In this document: one piece after another, positions 14,904-26,619 of the stretch
Numbering within the stretch: the stretch's first letter is position 1
How the letters are laid out: each line of letters opens with the position of its first letter
Assembly (NCBI GenBank): GCA_950097015.1
Contig: CATNEN010000038.1
Coordinates: forward strand, 21,886,001 to 21,950,000
Direction of reading: 5' to 3'
DNA from: Macrostomum hystrix
Taxonomy: Eukaryota > Animalia > Platyhelminthes
Length of the DNA stretch: 64,000 bases
The notes under the pieces: generated by a model
Seen by the model: the letters and a program-made list of their open reading frames with translations, nothing else
Told to the model about the DNA's origin: nothing
Database searches by the model: none
Program-made: the position numbers and the translations under genes

Positions 14904-16609
14904 CTGCTGCTGTTGCTGTAGAATACGAACTCGTTTCCGCTGCTTGTCTAACTGGCGCCGAAGCTTAGATACCTAAAAATTTATGGATATGATTTTTTAA
15001 TGCTTAAATATCGCTACAGATGTGCTTATAGTCAATACCTTTTATATTTAAAGTCAAGCCGTTGTCGAAGAGATTCTTCCCATTTCTATGACTCCTGAGC
15101 ACACACTCACACAGGTGTGTACATCTGACCTGACTTTTCATAGTCAGGCAGAGTACACTCTCACTGTGCCTTGGAGGTTGGCCCTCAAGAGCTAAAATTA
15201 CACGATAAGCCCCCAGGGCGTTTTTCCACGTCTGAGCTCTAAATGAATGCGGACTCGCCGCGGAATCGAGCTCAGGACCTTGGATTGAGAGACAAACGCT
15301 TTAATCGCTCTGCCACTCAACCACCATTCAAAGCCTTTTCTTTCATCAAAAGCGCTACACTGTGTGTTAAGCATAATTAGAAGCTTGAAATAAACTTTTT
15401 CCCCAATCAAGAGGAAAGCGAGAGGCTTTCTAAAACAACAAACGCAAATGTTACAAAAATTGATAATAAAATGCAGATCAGGATTAAAATGGCTGCCAAT
15501 CAAAACAACAAAGAATAAATTACGGTTGAGGAACAATTTTTTTCCAATTATTAATAGTTAAAATGATTCTTACTTTAAACTAGTATTAATCAAAATCAAT
15601 ATTATTATGTGTATATATCAATCAAATATTAGAATGTCGTGGGTTGATTAAAAAACTGACTAGCATTAAACTGAATTACCTTTTCAGTAAACTGAAAGCA
15701 AGCAGTTTTCACGGTGGTTAAAATGTTGTGTGCAAGCTATCATTAAATTGAAACATATATAAAATTGTGAAAGTGACAGGTAACATAATAATCCAGGTGC
15801 ATTTTACTACTATCAATGAATTTAGTCGCCTAAAATCTGCCTTAAATCATATGCCTACTATTTTAGAGTCTTGCGACATTCTACTTCAGTAGTGCTTGAC
15901 ACTAAGAAGTGCAAAGAATCATACGCCTAATTCTTAACAAGCGACAGTCTAAGATAACTGACGAAGAAATTGTGAAGAGCTGACAAGAGATGTTGTAGAT
16001 ATACAACCCGCCCACACCCGCTCACAGGTGAGCAAAGAATTCAGCGAGCTACAGCTCCGGCCCAACTTACTCAGCTAAGCAATAAGTAATTTTTGCGGTG
16101 TAAAATGACTTTACAAAAACCAACTTGAATCTCAAAGGCCTCAAATTCCAGTCAAGTTAATAACTCTTACAATTCTGCAAACTTTTGATTGGCTCCTGAA
16201 GGGTAAGTGGATGCTATTTTTAGACAACCCTAATGAGGAAACTCTTTTTGGCCCAACACAAGCACGTGACACAAACAAGCCTATAAAAATGTAAATCTAT
16301 TTAAATAAAAGTAAGCTTTACTTATTAGGCACACAGGACAGCGCTTAAAAAACCCAAGCTTACCTCACGGAGACACGCAGCAGACTTGTCATTGGACTCC
16401 CTGCAAAAGGCCAGCATCTGGGCCTTCTCCTGCTCTTTTTCTTCAACACTTTCCAGCAAGGCTTTGATTCGATGCAGTAGATCTATGCGCTCCCGTTTAA
16501 GTGTATCAATTTCCTGTTGCTGCCTAGCAACAGTGACTTCAAAAGATTCTGCTGGAGCTGCGGCATGGCTATGCAATAATTCACCAGATTTCAACTGGCA
16601 CTCAGTCAT
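13046..16609 (-). CDS. Kazrin/liprin-like coiled-coil plus SAM-domain protein with polyQ tracts; exons 16609-16364, 14972-14327, 13611-13046
   Basis: Coiled coil LKRERIDLLHRIKALLESVEEKEQE. SAM-like segments WLADRFLPSLGLRQLGPAF...LGISRRRHRRSLLLGIDLLR, MFWSNSNVSQWL and SGLHGALLV resemble kazrin SAM2/SAM3 from recall. Splice phases are compatible. Confidence 0.75.
13878..14105 (+). mobile_element. tRNA-derived SINE, family A copy
   Basis: A-box-like tggcagagcgg, B-box-like gctcgattcc, body aacctccaaggcacagtgag...cactgcctgactatgaga shared with other copies in the window. Confidence 0.75.
15085..15320 (-). mobile_element. tRNA-derived SINE, family A copy
   Basis: Reverse complement of the 13878 copy (cgcggaatcgagctc ... 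cgctctgccact). Confidence 0.75.
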
Positions 16610-17624
16610 CTTTATCTTGCCATACAAGACACTTCAGTCAGTGAAATTCCAAAATATCTAGGAATTCTGTGCCATGGTTCTTATTGCCAATTTCAGCTAC
16701 TGGAAAAATTTTAGAATTAGTTGTCACTTTTCATTTTATCATCACATTATTTATCATAAAAATATTTACAAAACACTAGAATCCTCTGCATATAGTTAAA
16801 TTAATTTTTTTTATATACTTTAGAGATAAAAATTCTTAATAACAGTTATTAATGTATTATCGAGTCTTAGCAGAATCTCAGTACTACAAATTAAATATTT
16901 TATAGACTTATTAGCCCTGATGCCCTATATATATTTTTAATAATAATGCTAAATTACATGGCCCATCGTTGGTGTTATAAATTATTTTGGGTGTAGATGC
17001 AAGCTTGCTTCAGCATTTTTTGACAAAAACCCTGAGTATGACCACTATAGGCCTATCTTGACTATTCATAGATGTACTTTACAATTAAATGGCTTTTGAT
17101 CTATGATTCCATAGTCATGAAGTAGAACTATACTATCTAGTTTAAGTTCAAAAATATATTTTTTATAACTAGGCCTAGGCCTATATCAGGCAAAACGAAG
17201 GATTGAGCATGTAGTAAATGCCTGAAAATATAAGCCTACATTGGTTTTACTAGCCAAATTTGGTATATGCATGGTTGGCAAGCATTGGCATTACTTTGAG
17301 ATACTGATGAGCATATTTAGTACTTAAGGAAGGCCTATGTATAATAAATATTTAGCACTACACAATGTGCCTAATATTATTAAATATATAGGCTTATTGC
17401 CATTTTGACAGATTTTTACCTTAACTTTTAACTTTGAAACATGGAAAAATGGTTTCAGAATGCAATCTTGCAAGACTTAAATAGTTTTATAAAGTTACAT
17501 GAGAAAATAGATCAGCATTGTGTCAGCGCACTCAATCATGATCCAGACTATAGCAATGCTTAGAATCAGTTGGAAACTGCAGCATGAAGACAAGAATATT
17601 CATTTAATAGTGTAATAGGCTATA

Positions 17625-19364
17625 TCTATGCTTTTATAATAGACTATATAAAAGTGAAAACTCTGTCTGTCTGTCTGTGTGTGTGCAACCTTTTGTCTTT
17701 ATAGACGCCAAAACCGCTCAACCAAATCGCACCAAACTTTGCACATACCTAAAACCACCTACGCTGAGTGCAATAGGCTACTCAAATTCCCGAAAAATAA
17801 TTTCCTTCCTGCTCAAAAGTGCAAAAAACTGCTCAAAAATCGTCAAAAAATCACTCAATTCGACATATCGTTGCTCCACTTTGTCAGATTTTCTCCAAAT
17901 TTGATCCACTTACACTTTACATGTTTTCCAACAATGCTGTCAATTTTGAACATCTCTACTCAATCCAGAGCAAAGCTGCATCATCTCAAAGTGAGTCACT
18001 TTTTGTTTTCCGAGGACAGCCACCCCAACTCCCCTCCGCCACTCTGCGGGCCAAATTTTATTATAGCCACCCCCTCCCTTCCCCGGGCGCCGAAGCCCGG
18101 GCTGTCAGAGAGGGCAATTCTGTGTCCTAGAAATGATGCCGCCAACGAAATTAACTACCAACTGCTTCAGGAGTTGCCAGGTGCAGTTTTTACCTACAAG
18201 TCAATTGATACAACATTGACTGATGACACCGCTGTGGAGTATCCTGTTGAGTTTCTGAACTCTCTAGATCCTCCTGGAACTCCATCGCACAACTTGCAGC
18301 TGAAAGTTGGGGCACCAATTATGCTCCTCCGCAACCTGAATGCGCCAAGGCTATGTAACGGCACCAGACTGATAGTCAGGCGGCTCTTCCCACACGTGAT
18401 TGAGGCCACGATAATGACTGGATCTGGCAGAGGAGAGTCTGTGTTCGTTCCCCGGATTCCAATTATCCCCACGGACCTGCCATTTCAGTTCAAGCGACTG
18501 CAGTTCCCTGTGAGAGTGTGCTTTGCGATGACAAGGCTCAGGGACAGTCGCTGAAGGTGGCTGGCATCAACCTGGAGACTCCTTGCTTCTCGCATGGGCA
18601 GCTTTATGTCGCCTGCTCCCGTGTTGGAACTCCAGCTGGCCTATTTATTTTCGCACCAAGGGGAAGAACGAAGAATGTGGTGTATCCCCAGGCCTTGAGG
18701 TGACTTGCAAGCAATTAATAGAAAAGTAGTCGCGAATTGACCTTGACCTGTCTAACTCTGAACTCTGAAACAGTTTAATTTTGTTTCTTTGACATTGTTA
18801 TTGTTATGCCATGGCTATTTTCCTTATGTATACGCGTGTACATGCATACTGTATACAGAGGCAGATTTAGGGGGGGCGGGGGGGCAGTCGTCCCCCTAAA
18901 TTTTAATCATGGGAATAAGATGCCCCCACCAGGGGCGCCAGTCGCAGCACTGGCGCCCCTTTTCGGCCGCTGGCGCCCGTTTTTCAGCCGCTGGCTCCCG
19001 TTTTTCAGCCACTGGCGCCCTTTCTTGGCTCCTGGCGCCCTTTTTCGGCCGCTGGCACCCCCTCTGTGATTCTCATGGCGCTCCCCTGACAGACCGCCCC
19101 AAAACAAAATTCCTGGATCTGCCACTGACTGTATAGAGGAGTGGCTAAGAGACATGTTTCTAAAGAAGTAATCAAGAGGGGGCTATTTGGACAAACTTTT
19201 CACTTATTTTTTACTTAAAACGCCCTTAAACAAACTCTTCACTTTTCATTAATGCAGTAAATAAATAAATGGTGACCTTCACTATAAAGTTAATACAGAG
19301 ACGTGAATTGCTTACTGCTTTGCTTTAAATTTCTGCCCCAAAAACAACGGGCAAAAAAAGCTAG
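17625..19364 (+). mobile_element. Internally deleted Helitron carrying a PIF1-helicase C-terminal fragment
   Basis: RAILCPRND, LKVGAPIMLLRNL, LCNGTRL, FKRLQFPVRVCFAMT, then frameshifted AQGQSL and FSHGQLYVACSRV (about 18100-18703). The 5' end has a (tctg)n tract; the 3' end has hairpin tgccc...gggca followed by CTAG|T at 19361-19364. Confidence 0.88.
18856..19127. mobile_element. hAT-type MITE nested in the Helitron
   Basis: TIRs cagaggcagatttag / ctggatctgccactg; exact 8-bp target duplication actgtata at 18848-18855 and 19128-19135. Confidence 0.88.
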
Positions 19365-22275
19365 TAGACTATATCTTACTGTATCTATGCTATATCAATG
19401 CTTTCATAATAGAATATACAGTTTTCCATTTATGAATAAATCCTTCATTTGTTACCGTATTCATGCTCATTCTTAGAAAGTTATAAAACACGTATAATTT
19501 TGCTTTGCTTTAATACACCAAAGAAATTCTTTGTTTTGCTATGCCTACCCACCTGTTTTTATACTAGGCCCCTATAAATACGAGCGCTTTTTACCAACCT
19601 AAAATCAACGGTCCGCAAGTTGGGAGTTCATAAATAAATGTTTTATAAACCAATAAGTTCTTTCACTCAATCTCACTCGTGTTCTATGTTAGTATTTGTT
19701 GGAAAGTGAAACCTGATTGGTTATTGGTGATTTAGAGTCGAGCAATAGAGTAACTAATAAATACGTTGTGTTTGTCTGGTACCCTCCAATCCATTGGAGC
19801 CTTTAGAGACTGGGTGTAACCAATAAGTATTAAAAAGAGTAATTCTATACAGTTAAAAGTAAAAGTGTCTTACTGCTCGGGCACTTATGATTTGCTACCA
19901 CAGTAATTGAATTTACATTAAAGTGTTATACTTCCCTATAAATTGGGCAATTTTAAATATAACAAAAGTTGATTATTAAATAAGCATTTTTGCAGTGGAA
20001 AATTATAAGTAATTTACAAAGAATAAGAGTAAAGAAAGGGCCCTACGACAACTGGTGACAGCTGTGGGATTTTAGTAAATAGCCCTACAACAATTGGTGG
20101 CTGCTGTGGGATTTTAGTAGATAGCCCTACAACAATATTTAGGCTACTAGCAGCTTGCTATGGGCTATGCCCTATGATGTCATGATGCATACAAGGAACC
20201 AGCAATAGCTTGTTTGAGACACACCTAAATCAATATCATTGACAATGTTGAAATGACAAGGCCTGTGTCCTGGAAAAATAGTTTTTAAGAAATCTATTTT
20301 CTAGCTCACTATTCTCACACCCACTTAGTAGCACTACCTACTTTTTATTAGGCCCTATTGATTTGGAATAGGAGCCCATGGAAAATAAGTTGTGAATTTC
20401 TGAACCAATTTTTTACTTAAATCCGAATAATAACAATAATAATAGCAATTCTATCGAGGGACCTATCTCTCTTTTATTTGAATCTTGAAAGATCTTGAAA
20501 TAATCATTTGCCAAATAAAAGGCCCAGGCGGCCAGGCCTTACATCAAGTGGTATATTCAAGCCATTATTAGCTTATTAGTATCAGCTAAAAAAGATAGGA
20601 CCTTACCAAAAACTTTCTCGGAAAATATGGATTAGCTAAACTAAACTACGCCATGAATTACAAATACTGAAATGCTAGGCCGAGCTAAGTCTTATCTTAT
20701 ATGTTAGAATAACTTGATAGGCTAGGATACTTCATCACAAATTAACGAGGCTTCAAAATTTCTAGACGGAATGTTTTTTACTAGTTCTACTTCCGGTAAA
20801 TAAAATAAAATGACTTCACGAAGCCTATAGACCATCATTTAGCTAGTTGATTAATTTAATTACACAAAAGGTCAACGTCAAAGAACCAGCCAATATATTG
20901 TTCAAGAAAACAACCGATGTACACTGACAGATCATTTAAATTTAAAGCAAATTTAACGTTTTTCTTGGACATCTGTACGTTATAACACAAAACGCTGTTC
21001 AACTGTAGATTTAAAGAATATATTTAGTAATTTGTTTTAGCAAATTATATATTTTATGTGTACTCTGCCTTCATTTTTAACCCCTATATTTTTGGGACAA
21101 TTCTCTTTTAGGGTCTCAAGGCCTACTAATCTTGTTCCTGTCTAGCGACGGAATCTTAAAAGCATATAATATTAGAAGCTCATAATAATTCTTAAATTGC
21201 TAACATACTTTTATTATTAGAGTTATACTGGAAGTTAGAAGCAAAAGTGGACTTCCTCAAATGTTTTCATTTAACTTAAATGTGTTTGCTTAAACGTGAT
21301 GTTGGAAAATTAGAATTCCTAAAAATAGTTAGGAATTGCTAATATTATGTAATAGGCCTATATTGGGCCACAGCCAGCCCAGACTAGAGTCGACAACAGC
21401 AAGCTAGAATAAGTTTTAAAATTCTGCGAAAATGGCAGAGCTAGGCTAGGCCCATTTGATATGTGTGCCATTAAATGTAGGCTAAAAATTGATATTGCAT
21501 TTTGTGGCTTCCTAATTTTTGTCTAGATTTACACTTTAGGTCCTAACTTTTTAGGTAGTTAACCGGACAAATAGCCATTTGATTATTCGTCCGGTTAACT
21601 GAGTTATAACTTAGGCCTATAACTAAGTTATAAGGGGTTGTAGCGCTACCACAAGAACCTCTATCATTTGTAAGATAAAATAATTAACAAGCTGCAAAAG
21701 CACAGTCATTCAGATTTGAAGTTTGTGTTTCAAATTATTCTTGCTTATCAGCTAATTAAAAAAATTAAAACCTTTTCCAGAAATTCAGTTGTTTCAGGGA
21801 CTAACTTAGTTCAAGGGTATAGTTTGGTCTTTGTGAGGTCAAGATACAAGATGGCTCTCAGCAGGGCAAGAGTGGTCTTTGGGAGGATCGTTGCTCCTGC
21901 TCATTGAAAGGGGAGAAATTAAGTCCTAGGGAGGTTAACCGGACAAATAGCAACTACCAAAAATTAAATAGAGCTTAGTTATTTTGTTATATGTTGATAT
22001 GTCACAGGCCTAACTTCTTAGTAAAGTCTTAATTCCAATGATGCCACCAAAGTTGTCCTAGTGCTTCTCTTTTTAATTATCACTCTATGGATATGATGTC
22101 ACCAAAGTTGTCCTAGGGTTAATTACTAGGCCTATTCTAACTTTTTTTTCACAATGCCACCAAAGTTGTTGTATTTCTATTTTTTCTAAAATATCCTACA
22201 AAATTTGTTTAGAGTTTTTTTAATAGGATGTCTAAGTAATTTCTATATTTTAGTCTTTGAGTATGTATATTTTAC

Positions 22276-23556
22276 GAGAGGCACTATTAAAGTTCTGAGC
22301 CTCAACATGAAAGAGAGGAGATATAGGCAAAGTGAGATCAGCTTTTCTCAACAGTCTCCCCCAACCAAGATGCATTTATGGCATCTTGATTGCAGCGCCT
22401 CAATGCCACTCTGGAAGAATTGACCCAAGCAGCCCTCAAACCAAGCAGTCACAGAATCCTTAGTGCGTCATCAGTGTCAAATCGCTGTCCATGGAGTGCC
22501 TGCTTGAGATGTGGAAACAGGTGGAAGTCACTTGGGGCAAGGTCCAGTGAATAGGCCAGGTGTGGCAGCTCTCGGAACCCTATGACAATGACAGCAGCCT
22601 TGGCAATCCTGCTGGTATAGGCCGTTGCATTGTTGTGCAGCAGCATAAAACCACGGCTCAGCATCCCTCGCCTATTTTCCTTGATTGCCTTGTGCAGATG
22701 GGTGATCAGGTCAGCATAGTAGCCACCTGTGACTATCTGCTTTTGAGGTAGAAAGTCTAGCAGTAGTGGGCCCTTGGCATCCTAGAAGACAGTCAGCATA
22801 ATCTTGCCCACACTGCATGTAGTCTGTGCCTTCAGTGGTGCAAGTGAACCAACTGGCAGCCACTGCTTGGACTCCTGCTTGTACTCAGGATTGTGGTGAT
22901 GGATCCATGTCTCATCCCTGGTCACTCAGCAGGACAGAAAGTTGGCAGGGTCCCAATCATAGGAGTTGAGGACAAGCTTTGATACTGCACCCATGCGGTC
23001 TTTTGGTCCATTGTCAAGATTTGTGGGATCCATCTGGCAGAAACCTTGGACAGATGAAGATGCTGGTGCAGAATCTCAATGACTTGCGGGTCAGAGAGTC
23101 CAGTGTATGCAGCAAGTTCCCTGACTTTCACCCGCCAGTCATTGTCAACCAGAGCCTGGATACACTAGATGTTGTCGGCAGTGACAGCAGTCCGGGGTCA
23201 TCCACATCAGGGGTCATCTTCAAGCAAGTCGCCGCCACACTTAAACTTGACAGCCTAGTGCTTGATGGTGACATGAGGGGGCAGCATCAGCATACACACC
23301 AGCCATGCGGCTTTGAATTTAAGCAAGCTTTGATGAGCCCTCCAGTGTCAGAAATTCGATCACTGTCCTGTGCTCAAGCTTCAATTCTTAAGAAAATGCC
23401 AAGGGGTGCTAGAAATATAATGGTGCAGTGGGACTTAGGGAATGCAGAAAAGTATGAAAAGTTGACAATAGACTATTAGCATGTGCAGCTTTTAGAACCT
23501 GACTAGCAAGTTTTGCCCCCCTTCGGGGAGCAGAAATACTTTTAATTCGTCTAGTA
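22276..23556 (-). mobile_element. Decayed mariner transposon (transposase pseudogene)
   Basis: Motifs SKVSARWIPQILT (WVPHEL-like), DETWIHH, LLHNNA and YSLDLAPSDFHLF, broken by stops and frameshifts. TA-flanked terminus tacgagaggcactatt at 22274. Confidence 0.9.
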
Positions 23557-23595
23557 TATACTTTTTAGCAGCTGAATTTACAGCTTTTTAAAGCT

Positions 23596-23922
23596 ACAAT
23601 GAACCCCCAGTTGACAATGATCCCCCAGTTGACAATGATCCCCCAGTTGACCATGAACCCCCAGTTGACAATGAACCCCCAGTTGACAACGATCCCCCAG
23701 TTGACAATGATCCCCCATTTGACAATGATCCCCCAGTTGACAATGATCCCACAGTTGACAATGATCTCCCAGTTGACAAAGATCCCCCAGTTCACAATGA
23801 TCCCCCAGTTGATGATGATCCCCCAGTTGATGATGATCCCCCAGTTGAAAATGATCCCCCAGTTGACAATGATCCCCCAGTTGAGAATGATCCCCCAGTT
23901 GACAATGATCCCCCAGTTAACA
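23596..23922. repeat. 18-bp minisatellite upstream of SGF11
   Basis: Unit cccccagttgacaatgat, about 18 copies. Confidence 0.95.
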
Positions 23923-24516
23923 AAGTATTTAGATAGTCTAAGTATCATTTTTAATTGGTCTAAGTATTGTATTCCTGAGTATATGCTTTCCAAAGCGCAT
24001 TACCAATGATCTCAAGTAATACTTTCTACTTCTCTCTCTTTCTCTTTTGAATCCTTAGTATTCATCTCCATATGTTTTAAAAAGAATGAAAGAAAGAAAG
24101 TGTTGTATACAAACTTTGTATGAAACCACAAGTCATTGCTTCCTTCAGTTTTTGCTCCTGTATTTATACAAAAATGTATAAATTAAAACAAATTAATTCC
24201 TATGTTTTAAACCAAATATTGTATACAGTAAAACTAAGAATAACTTCTTTTGATCGTTTAAATTGTTTGTACATCTTATGGGGTCTTTAACTTGTACCCT
24301 TGAACAAATTGATATTACTTCAAAAAAAGGAAAAAGTTTCATTACTTTGCATTGCCTCCTTTGGTCTGAAAATTGATTTCATTAATTTTTATCTGACACT
24401 GTAACGTATAACTTTGAAATTTTGATAAGTAGTAATTATTTCAATTAGTTACATTCGGTGAATATAAAGACAGGTTAATAAAACAAAGTATAAATTAGTA
24501 TTCTAACTTCTAGAAG

Positions 24517-25662
24517 ATGGCCTCTTCGGCTTTAAATGTTGACATCCTTGACTGTCACGTTACTGATGCTGCTCTGTGGCCATTAATTGATGAAATCATT
24601 GATGATCTAGCCATGGAAGTGATCTTTGCCAGCCATATGGAGGCTAAAATGGGCGTTCTATTCCTACACGAGGAGCTACTAGCTGCTGAGCATGGCGGGG
24701 GTCGGGTTTCTAGTCGCATTGGCATGGGCGGCAATGGTCTTGGAGGCGAGCGATCTAGCAGCGATTCGGAGCCCCCATTGTTCGGTAAGCCTTTAATTGA
24801 TTGTCGAGCTAATTAGTTGTGTGTTTGTTATGCTTTCACACTTGTTTTTATGCTACTTTTAGTAGCTTAGCAGTAAACATTTTTGTATTGAATTTAACTT
24901 TCACATCTAAGGTTTTAGCCCAGTGATTAGGGCTACTGTATTCTAATCAATAGGTCTGAAGTTCGAATCTCTGTGCAGGGATTCGTGTTTTTTGTTGCAT
25001 GCCACATTTACTGCATTCTTCCCAACTCTTGTAGGGTTTTTTAGGTTGTGAAATTTGGGGACAGTATAGTCCTAGAATTCCTAAAGTCGATTTCTTTTGG
25101 CATCCAAAACAGTTTAACTACTACAAGTAGTTGATCAACTATTCCCGCAGGTCAACCCGCAGCCAAGCTGAAGCCTGTTATGTGCCGCTGTCCGAATTGT
25201 AACCGCAGCATGGCCGCGCTGCGCTTCGCTCCTCATTTAGAAAAGTGCATGGGCATGGGTCGGGTCAGCAGTCGTCTAGCCTCTCGCCGTATCGCCATTC
25301 AGCATCGTTATAGCGACGATTCGGATAGCGACGATCATCATCAGGGGCATCAGCATCATCATCATCATCAGCCGCCTATGAAACAGCGGCGCTCTATAAA
25401 GCGATCCTCGACGGCTCCTGGCAATGTCGCCAATCTGCCGCCTCCGCCGCCTCCGCCGCAGTTTCACGACGCGCCATCTGCTGCGCCCGGCTCCGGCGCG
25501 GTAGCCGGCGGCGACGACGACTGGGACGGTTTGAGCACGCCGTCGCCATCGAGCGTCAGCACCGGGAGCTCCGGCGGAGGCGGCGGAGGCAATGCTGTTT
25601 TAGCTAAAGTAGCACTGCAAAATCGGCATCAGCACGAGCATCATCATCATTCTAGACGTTGA
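24517..25662 (+). CDS. ATXN7L3: SAGA deubiquitinase-module subunit Sgf11/ATXN7L3; exons 24517-24784 and 25151-25662
   Basis: N-terminal helix [24 protein letters not shown]; Sgf11 zinc finger [38 protein letters not shown]; phase-1 GT-AG intron. Confidence 0.92.
24915..24985 (+). mobile_element. tRNA-like SINE head in the SGF11 intron
   Basis: A-box-like tagcccagtgattag and B-box gttcgaatc; no convincing cloverleaf. Confidence 0.4.
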
Positions 25663-26136
25663 GAATTGTTAATAAATCACTTAGAATACGATTCGATCTT
25701 TCGAATAACTCTCGTTCCACTCTATATATTTGAGTAGTCTAGAAGCTGGCATGAAAGTAAAAAATGCCCTAGTATCCATACACTTGCATTGAGTCGTACT
25801 CAAAATGTTGAGTGTCGTCAAATAAGGCCACTGGATCATTGGTATTGTTAGGGGTGCCCTGGGTGCTGTGCTTGCGTAGGCATGCCCGACTATTCAGGAT
25901 TGTTTTTTACTGATTGACTTGTGATATCAACTCGCTTCTAGTTGAATGCTATTTGTTTCTGGTTGGATAATATGCTTTTATCTAAAGTATCTTGCACTAT
26001 TGATTGTTGAATAAAATGTACATTTGCAGTAGGATTATACCGTATCAGACTTTTTGTGACTCTAATTTTATTTTGCGATCTTTTCGAGTTGGCTCCCTAA
26101 AAACATTAGGAACATTTCTTGAAAAGACAAGGCAAT

Positions 26137-26540
26137 TTCCCTGAACCTTCAGGACTATTTCCCTGAATCTTCAGGACTATATTTCTAAACCTTCAGAATC
26201 CTTCTCCTGAACCTTCAGGACTCTTTTCCTGAACCTTCAGGGGCTATTTCCCTGAACCTTCACGACTATTTGCCTGAACCTTCAGGACTATATATCTAAA
26301 TTTCAGAATCCTTCTCCTGAACTTTCAGGACTGTTCCCTTGAACCTTCAGGGGCTTTTTCCCTGAACCTTCAGGAATAATTCCATGAACCTTCAGTAATA
26401 TTTCCCGGAACCTTCATGACTATTTTCCTGAACCTTCAAGACTATGTTCCTGAACCTTCAGGGGCTATTTCCCTGAACCTTCTGGACTATATTTCTGAGC
26501 CGTCAGAACCCTTTTCCTGACCCTTCAGTAATGTTTCCCC
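26137..26540. repeat. About 22-bp degenerate intergenic minisatellite (SGF11-DHX16)
   Basis: Unit tttccctgaaccttcaggacta with internal dyad cctgaa-cc-ttcagg. Confidence 0.92.
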
Positions 26541-26619
26541 AATTATTCCATAGTTCTTATAGTCATAGTTCTCAAAGTTTAATTTTGTTCCCCCACTGCT
26601 TTTCTTCAGCCAGTCTCAA

